Positions 56,704-61,410 of a stretch of DNA of 61,410 bases are shown piece after piece. A program made the translations under genes and the position numbers. Source of the stretch: a virus (lineage: Duplodnaviria; Caudoviricetes); IMG/VR virus record IMGVR_UViG_3300021425_000037, positions 1-61,410 of that record, one strand, 5' to 3'. The notes beneath the pieces are model-generated. The model did no database searches. It worked only from the letters and a program-made list of their open reading frames with translations, and was not told where the DNA came from. Position 1 is the stretch's first letter; each line of letters begins with the position of its first letter.

Positions 56704-57234
56704 ATGCTTATGAAAACTGACGACTTAGGAATTCCACGATTCTCTAATAAGGATCTAATAGATATGATATACAGCGGCAACGCTAACAAATGTCATGTTG
56801 TGCTATGCGATCCTTCAGATGATATAGATAAGTTTAACACAGCAATGAGTGAGCAAGGACTTCCTACACTACAAAAATATATTCCACTAGATGTAGATCA
56901 AAAGACTTTTGACGGTGTATGTCAAGGTGAATGGTTTATGCCTGATGAATACAAAGACATTAATGTATATGAATATGTCCTAGGCAAAGCAAAAACACCT
57001 TGTCCGCAACACGTACAAGATCGCATATGGGAAGAATTAGATGCTTTCAAAGAACGTGATATGCACAACTTATTACGTTACATGATTTATCTTGTAGACT
57101 TTATGCGTGAGAATAACATTGTGTGGGGTGTAGGCAGAGGTAGTTCAGTAGCAAGTTATGTGTTATATTTAATTGGTGTACACAAAGTTAATTCAATCCA
57201 GTATGGCCTGGATTGGAGAGAGTTCTTAAGATAA
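56704..57234 (+). CDS. DNA polymerase III alpha (DnaE) fragment
   Basis: DRIWEELDAF...YLVDFMRENNIVWGVGRGSSVASYVLYLIGVHKVNSIQYGLDWREFL, the DnaE palm segment with GRGS. Confidence 0.85.
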   Translation: MLMKTDDLGIPRFSNKDLIDMIYSGNANKCHVVLCDPSDDIDKFNTAMSEQGLPTLQKYIPLDVDQKTFDGVCQGEWFMPDEYKDINVYEYVLGKAKTPCPQHVQDRIWEELDAFKERDMHNLLRYMIYLVDFMRENNIVWGVGRGSSVASYVLYLIGVHKVNSIQYGLDWREFLR

Positions 57235-57259
57235 ATACGTATATAATAGGAGAGTTATT

Positions 57260-57676
57260 ATGGCAATGAGACAAAAAGGTCAAAAAACCTATACAACAAT
57301 GCAAGGTAAACAAATTGATATGGATCTTTTGCGTAAAAAGAATGAACTTACTCCTGCGGTAGGCAATGCTCGTGTAAATGCACGTGGCGATGAGCTAGGC
57401 CCAGGTGGTAAAATTGTTCGTAAACGTGAACAAGTAATTAAAGATTATTACAAAGGATCTATGCCAGTAGCTGAAGAACCTGCAGTTAGTGTAAGTGACG
57501 TTGTTGCTGAAGAAGCACCTGTAGTGCAAAAGACTGTAAAGTCTAAAACTACTACAAGAGCACAGCAAAAAGTTGAAGCTGCACAACCAACAGAAGACGA
57601 ACTAAAAGAGTTTGACGACATGGATGATGGTTGGGTAGAAGACGACGACGGCAACTTTGTACAAAAAGGTGACTAA
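57260..57676 (+). CDS. Hypothetical late protein
   Basis: GATAAATA promoter, AGGAG SD; AVGNARVNARGDELGPGG. Confidence 0.75.
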   Translation: MAMRQKGQKTYTTMQGKQIDMDLLRKKNELTPAVGNARVNARGDELGPGGKIVRKREQVIKDYYKGSMPVAEEPAVSVSDVVAEEAPVVQKTVKSKTTTRAQQKVEAAQPTEDELKEFDDMDDGWVEDDDGNFVQKGD

Positions 57677-58077
57677 TGGCTAAAAACATTAATACAATTC
57701 AAGGCACACCCCGTGCGATTGGTAAGCGTCTACTTGTAACCGAAATGGACTTTGGTGAACAAGTAACAGAAAGCGGTTTAATTATTGCAGGTGACGATGG
57801 CAAAACAAGAGGCATTTATCCTCGCTGGGGTAAAGTATACTCCAAAGGTCCAAAAAACGTAGATGTATACGAAGTAGGACAATGGGTATTAGTCGAACAT
57901 GGTAGATGGACAAGAGCATTAACTGTTCAAACACCGGAAGGCGAAATTACGTTTCATATGATAGACGAAGAAGGTGTTCTAGGCTATTCGGATGAAAAAC
58001 CCGGAGGACTACGTATAGGTGCAGAATATACAGACGGCCCTGCAACAATTGATCCTGGATCATTTATTAACCAATAA
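57676..58077 (+). CDS. groES: GroES-like co-chaperonin
   Basis: RAIGKRLLV...TESGLII...GKVYSKGP...VGQWVL. Confidence 0.75.
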   Translation: MAKNINTIQGTPRAIGKRLLVTEMDFGEQVTESGLIIAGDDGKTRGIYPRWGKVYSKGPKNVDVYEVGQWVLVEHGRWTRALTVQTPEGEITFHMIDEEGVLGYSDEKPGGLRIGAEYTDGPATIDPGSFINQ

Positions 58078-58085
58078 GGCATAAC

Positions 58086-58439
58086 ATGACAGACGTATTT
58101 AAAGATATTGACAAATTCGCAACGGCTTGCGATCAAGAGCCAAGCGAAGCAAACTACAATATGTATCTTGATTTAATTCGAGAAGAAGTAGGCGAACTAG
58201 AAGAAGCCATTACAGAAAATGACAGGATAGAACAGTTAGACGCACTAATTGATATCTTAGTTGTTACATTAGGCGCCGTTCGAGCAGGAGGCTTTAAAGG
58301 GCAAGATGCTTGGAATGAAGTAATGGACACAAACTTTGCTAAAATTGATCCTACTACAGGCAAAGTTATCAAACGAGAAGATGGAAAAGTCTTAAAACCA
58401 GAAGGTTGGAAGGCTCCAGAACTTACCAAATTTATTTAA
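58086..58439 (+). CDS. MazG-like nucleoside triphosphate pyrophosphohydrolase
   Basis: LIREEVGEL..., DALIDILVV, EVMDTNFAK, REDGKVLKPEGW. Confidence 0.85.
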   Translation: MTDVFKDIDKFATACDQEPSEANYNMYLDLIREEVGELEEAITENDRIEQLDALIDILVVTLGAVRAGGFKGQDAWNEVMDTNFAKIDPTTGKVIKREDGKVLKPEGWKAPELTKFI

Positions 58440-58447
58440 AAAAACAC

Positions 58448-58501
58448 TTGACATAACTCCTTGTAGATGCTATACTAGTATAAAATAGCGATTACAAGGA
58501 G
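58448..58501 (+). promoter_or_regulatory. sigma70 promoter inside an SD-sequestering inverted repeat
   Basis: TTGACA-17-TATACT; arms CTCCTTGTA/TACAAGGAG and GCTAT/ATAGC. Confidence 0.75.
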
Positions 58502-58506
58502 AATCT

Positions 58507-58671
58507 ATGAGAATTCCCAATCAAAGTTCAGGCGTTGGTACAACAGGCCTTACAGGCATTGTTCTACTAGTTGCACACATTACAGGATACCTATCAGGGT
58601 GGGCATGGCCTTTGCTGTATGTTCCATTAATTATGAGTGGTATTGGACAAGAAAATCGGAGACTAAAATGA
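58507..58671 (+). CDS. Small two-TM protein (54 aa)
   Basis: AAGGAG SD; MRIPNQSSGVGTTGLTGIVLLVAH...RRLK*. Confidence 0.6.
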   Translation: MRIPNQSSGVGTTGLTGIVLLVAHITGYLSGWAWPLLYVPLIMSGIGQENRRLK

Positions 58672-59204
58672 TACACGGAATGGTCGATTTAGAAACACTG
58701 GATACTAAGCCTAGTTGTGTTGTTTTAAGTTTAGGTGCAATTAAGTTTGATCCGACAAGTAACACTGAGCCACATAGTGAGCTGTACTTTAAAATTTGCG
58801 TAGACGATCAAGATCGTTTAGGCAGAACTGTTAGCGATGACACTATCGAATGGTGGGCTAAACAAGATGAAAAGGCAAAGAATGAAGCATTTGATCAAAC
58901 AGGTGCTATAGGTGTTGAAGAAGCCCTAGCACGTCTGTCTAAATGGTCAGTAGGTGTTGATACTATTTGGGGTCAAGGTTATGGTTTTGACTTAACAATT
59001 TTAGAAGACATGTATAGAAATATTAGTAAACCTATTCCATGGAACTTTTGGCAAATTAAAGACAGCAGAACTTTGTTTGGTTGCTGTCAAACAGATCCTC
59101 GTAAATTACTTGGACAAAACGACCTACATAATGCACTTGCTGATTCATACTTTCAGGCACGAGGTGTACAATTAGCATACAAAGAGTTAGGACTTAAAAA
59201 ATGA
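58668..59204 (+). CDS. DEDDh 3'-5' exonuclease (T4 DexA-like)
   Basis: MVDLETL, WGQGYGFD, DSRTL, HNALAD. Confidence 0.85.
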   Translation: MIHGMVDLETLDTKPSCVVLSLGAIKFDPTSNTEPHSELYFKICVDDQDRLGRTVSDDTIEWWAKQDEKAKNEAFDQTGAIGVEEALARLSKWSVGVDTIWGQGYGFDLTILEDMYRNISKPIPWNFWQIKDSRTLFGCCQTDPRKLLGQNDLHNALADSYFQARGVQLAYKELGLKK

Positions 59205-59368
59205 TGGATCGTAAGGCAAAAGAAGGCGGCTTGACTGAAGAAGAAATAAAAGAATTTTTAGCTAAAGGCGGTAAAATTACTGTTTGCCCGCCAGGCGCAC
59301 GAACACAAGATATTAACTTTAAATACGGTGGCTTCTACGGTAAGAAGTCAAAAAAAGAAGATGACTAA
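59201..59368 (+). CDS. Small SutA-like protein (55 aa)
   Basis: EEIKEFLAKGGKITVCPPG; ATGA overlap with the upstream gene. Confidence 0.6.
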   Translation: MMDRKAKEGGLTEEEIKEFLAKGGKITVCPPGARTQDINFKYGGFYGKKSKKEDD

Positions 59369-59546
59369 TTTTGAAAAAGGTGCTATAGTAGCAGAGTTGT
59401 TATCAGACGATTTTGAAATGGTTGAAACTGAAGATGCTCAATTTCAAAAACATAGCATGCAAGACTTAGATAAAGTATTAGATACAATACAATTATCGTC
59501 TAACGAGATGGCAAGATTAAAACAAATTATAGAGGCAAGTAAATGA
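59361..59546 (+). CDS. Hypothetical protein
   Basis: ORF overlapping both neighbours. Confidence 0.55.
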   Translation: MTNFEKGAIVAELLSDDFEMVETEDAQFQKHSMQDLDKVLDTIQLSSNEMARLKQIIEASK

Positions 59547-60457
59547 AAGAACTTTGGGTAGAAAAATATCGTCCTAAAACAGTTGATGGTTATGTGTTCC
59601 GTGACGAAGCACAACGGGCACAGGTAAATACTTGGATAAAAGAAAAAACTATTCCGCATTTGCTGTTTAGTGGTAATGCAGGTATTGGTAAAACAACACT
59701 TGCAAAATTATTGTTTAATGAACTTGAAATACAGGACTTAGACATACTTGAAATAAACGCATCGCGAACAAACTCAGTAGATGATGTACGTGATAAAATT
59801 GTAAACTTTGTACAAATGATTCCATTTGGGGAATTTAAGGTTGTGTTGTTAGATGAGGCCGACTATCTTAGCCCAAACGCTCAAGCGGCGTTGCGTGGTG
59901 TTATGGAAGAGTATCATACTACTTCTCGTTTCATTCTTACTTGTAACTATCCAAATCGTATTATACCTGCTTTGCACAGTAGGTGTCAAGGTTTCCACAT
60001 TGCTAAAATTGACCAAACTGAATTCACAGCTCGAGTCGCTGAAATACTTATCGGTGAAGGTGTTACTCCTGATTTGGATACGCTCGATACCTATGTAAAA
60101 GCAACATATCCAGACTTGCGTAAATGTATTAACACAGTACAAATGAATGTGCAAGACAACAGTTTGCTGAAGCCTAATGAAGGTGATACAGGCGAAGCTG
60201 ATTGGAAATTAGATATGGTCGAACTGTTTAAAGCAGGCAAGATTCAAGAAGCACGTAAACTACTTTGTGGTGCTGTACGTCCAGAAGAGATGGAAGAAAT
60301 TTATCGTTGGCTTTATGACAACATCGAGCTGTTCGGTTCTGATGAACAACAGGATGAAGCAGTGCTAATTATTAAGAAGGGGTTGGTAGATCATACATTG
60401 GTTGTTGACCCTGAGATTAACCTAGCGGCAACGCTAATTAGACTAGCGAGATTATGA
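59543..60457 (+). CDS. Clamp loader AAA+ subunit (T4 gp44/RFC-small type)
   Basis: LWVEKYRP, GNAGIGKTT, EINAS, LDEAD, SRC. Confidence 0.93.
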   Translation: MKELWVEKYRPKTVDGYVFRDEAQRAQVNTWIKEKTIPHLLFSGNAGIGKTTLAKLLFNELEIQDLDILEINASRTNSVDDVRDKIVNFVQMIPFGEFKVVLLDEADYLSPNAQAALRGVMEEYHTTSRFILTCNYPNRIIPALHSRCQGFHIAKIDQTEFTARVAEILIGEGVTPDLDTLDTYVKATYPDLRKCINTVQMNVQDNSLLKPNEGDTGEADWKLDMVELFKAGKIQEARKLLCGAVRPEEMEEIYRWLYDNIELFGSDEQQDEAVLIIKKGLVDHTLVVDPEINLAATLIRLARL

Positions 60458-60585
60458 GTACGGAAAAAGACCTAAAAAAATTAGGACTAATAGCAGGTAA
60501 AAAGAAATCAAATCAAATGATAAAATTAGGTGTTATTATGTGGTTTGCTTTCATTTTTGTAATAATTTATAGTTTAGCAACTTAA
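60454..60585 (+). CDS. Small single-TM protein
   Basis: ATGA and TAATG overlaps; C-terminal hydrophobic helix. Confidence 0.5.
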   Translation: MSTEKDLKKLGLIAGKKKSNQMIKLGVIMWFAFIFVIIYSLAT

Positions 60586-60938
60586 TGAGCTATTTAGTAA
60601 CAGATAATTGTATCAAATGCAAGCATACCACTTGTGTTGCTGTTTGTCCAGTTGATTGTTTCTATGAAGCAGACAACTTCCTAGCAATCAATCCAGACGA
60701 ATGCATCGACTGTGGAGTGTGTGTTCCGGAGTGTCCTACGAACGCTATTGTAAGCGAAGCAGACTTATCTCCAGAACAACGCGAAAAATGGGATGAAATC
60801 AACCGTAGAGTTTCTGACTGGAACGTTAATATAATTGACGAAAAAGAAGCATTACCAGAAGCAAAAGAGTTTGATGGTTATCCAAATAAGTACGAAAAAT
60901 TCGGTATTATACCGGTTAGGGACATAACAAATGAGTAA
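60585..60938 (+). CDS. fdxA: 7Fe (FdxA-type) ferredoxin
   Basis: [18 protein letters not shown] and [12 protein letters not shown]. Confidence 0.9.
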   Translation: MSYLVTDNCIKCKHTTCVAVCPVDCFYEADNFLAINPDECIDCGVCVPECPTNAIVSEADLSPEQREKWDEINRRVSDWNVNIIDEKEALPEAKEFDGYPNKYEKFGIIPVRDITNE

Positions 60939-61104
60939 AGGAAGTCGAAGGCGACCAAAGCAAATTGCAGATACACAGATGGAAAAAAATTGGAATAGGA
61001 TTTTTGATAAAAAGAAAACCTATAAGGAAGTGCAACAAGATATTACCGAACTAAATTCTGATGGTAATAGAAATCGTGGTAGATACGGAGAGGATAATCG
61101 TTAA
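60931..61104 (+). CDS. Small basic protein (57 aa)
   Basis: MSKGSRRRP...NWNRIF. Confidence 0.55.
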   Translation: MSKGSRRRPKQIADTQMEKNWNRIFDKKKTYKEVQQDITELNSDGNRNRGRYGEDNR

Positions 61105-61410
61105 TGGCGAGATTAGTAAGTTATTCACAGGTAACAGATGAATTTGCAGAACAAGGAATTATAAAAGATGATCTTTTAGATCTTGTTGCATTCTGTGCAA
61201 GAGTAAGCAACCCAGCAAATCAAATCAATTCAGAAACAAGCGAAAAACTTGTAAAGTATTTGATTAAGCATGCACATTGGTCACCACTTGAAATGGTAAA
61301 TGCTTGTATTGAAATTGATACAACACGTGATATTGCACACCAAATTGTACGTCATAGAAGTTTTGCGTTTCAAGAGTTTTCGCAACGATATGCTGAGCCA
61401 GGTCAAATGG
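61104..61410 (+). CDS. thyX: FAD-dependent thymidylate synthase (truncated by window end)
   Basis: CARVSNP, HWSPLE, RDIAHQIVRHRSFAFQEFSQRY. Confidence 0.93.
   Translation, partial: MARLVSYSQVTDEFAEQGIIKDDLLDLVAFCARVSNPANQINSETSEKLVKYLIKHAHWSPLEMVNACIEIDTTRDIAHQIVRHRSFAFQEFSQRYAEPGQM

Noticed and set aside
1-61410. Stop-codon reassignment (alternative genetic code)
   Set aside because: Long genes are intact under code 11, TAG and TGA end recognisable proteins at the expected places, and there is no suppressor tRNA (Trp is CCA).
1-61410. CRISPR array, diversity-generating retroelement, transposase, intron or intein
   Set aside because: I saw no regularly spaced repeats, reverse transcriptase, recombinase or splicing motifs; intergenic space is minimal.

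Overview
This is a 61.4-kb, AT-rich, densely coding segment of a large lytic myovirus-like (T4-superfamily/jumbo-type) bacteriophage. Its gene content suggests an aquatic proteobacterial host (inference). About 1-24 kb is an accessory early/middle region under sigma70-type promoters. It holds 2OG-Fe(II) oxygenases, IF-1, a DNA methyltransferase, a ParB/DGQH-type protein, TilS, ClpP, cytochrome c, an HD hydrolase, ATP-dependent DNA ligase, a deaminase, QueD, glycosylation genes, UvsE and six CCA-encoding tRNAs. About 25-57 kb is a late structural module under T4-like TAAATA promoters, with gp9/gp10-like fibres, a tailspike, two paralogous large virion proteins, an LRR protein, a PA14-like protein and baseplate proteins. 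About 57-61 kb carries a DnaE fragment, GroES, a MazG-like enzyme, an exonuclease, a clamp loader, a ferredoxin and ThyX (truncated). The most unusual signals are: (1) an apparently circularly permuted ParB/DGQH gene; (2) early promoters embedded in hairpins that would hide the downstream Shine-Dalgarno (SD) only in read-through transcripts; (3) a perfectly paired three-way-junction RNA filling a tRNA spacer; (4) phycobiliprotein-like KCxRD repeats with ~150-160-aa period in a virion protein; (5) non-canonical translation starts (CTG, leaderless); (6) a structured queD leader; (7) a DnaE fragment that stops just before the catalytic motif; (8) a SutA-like small protein. All product calls come from reading motifs by eye; no database searches were run.
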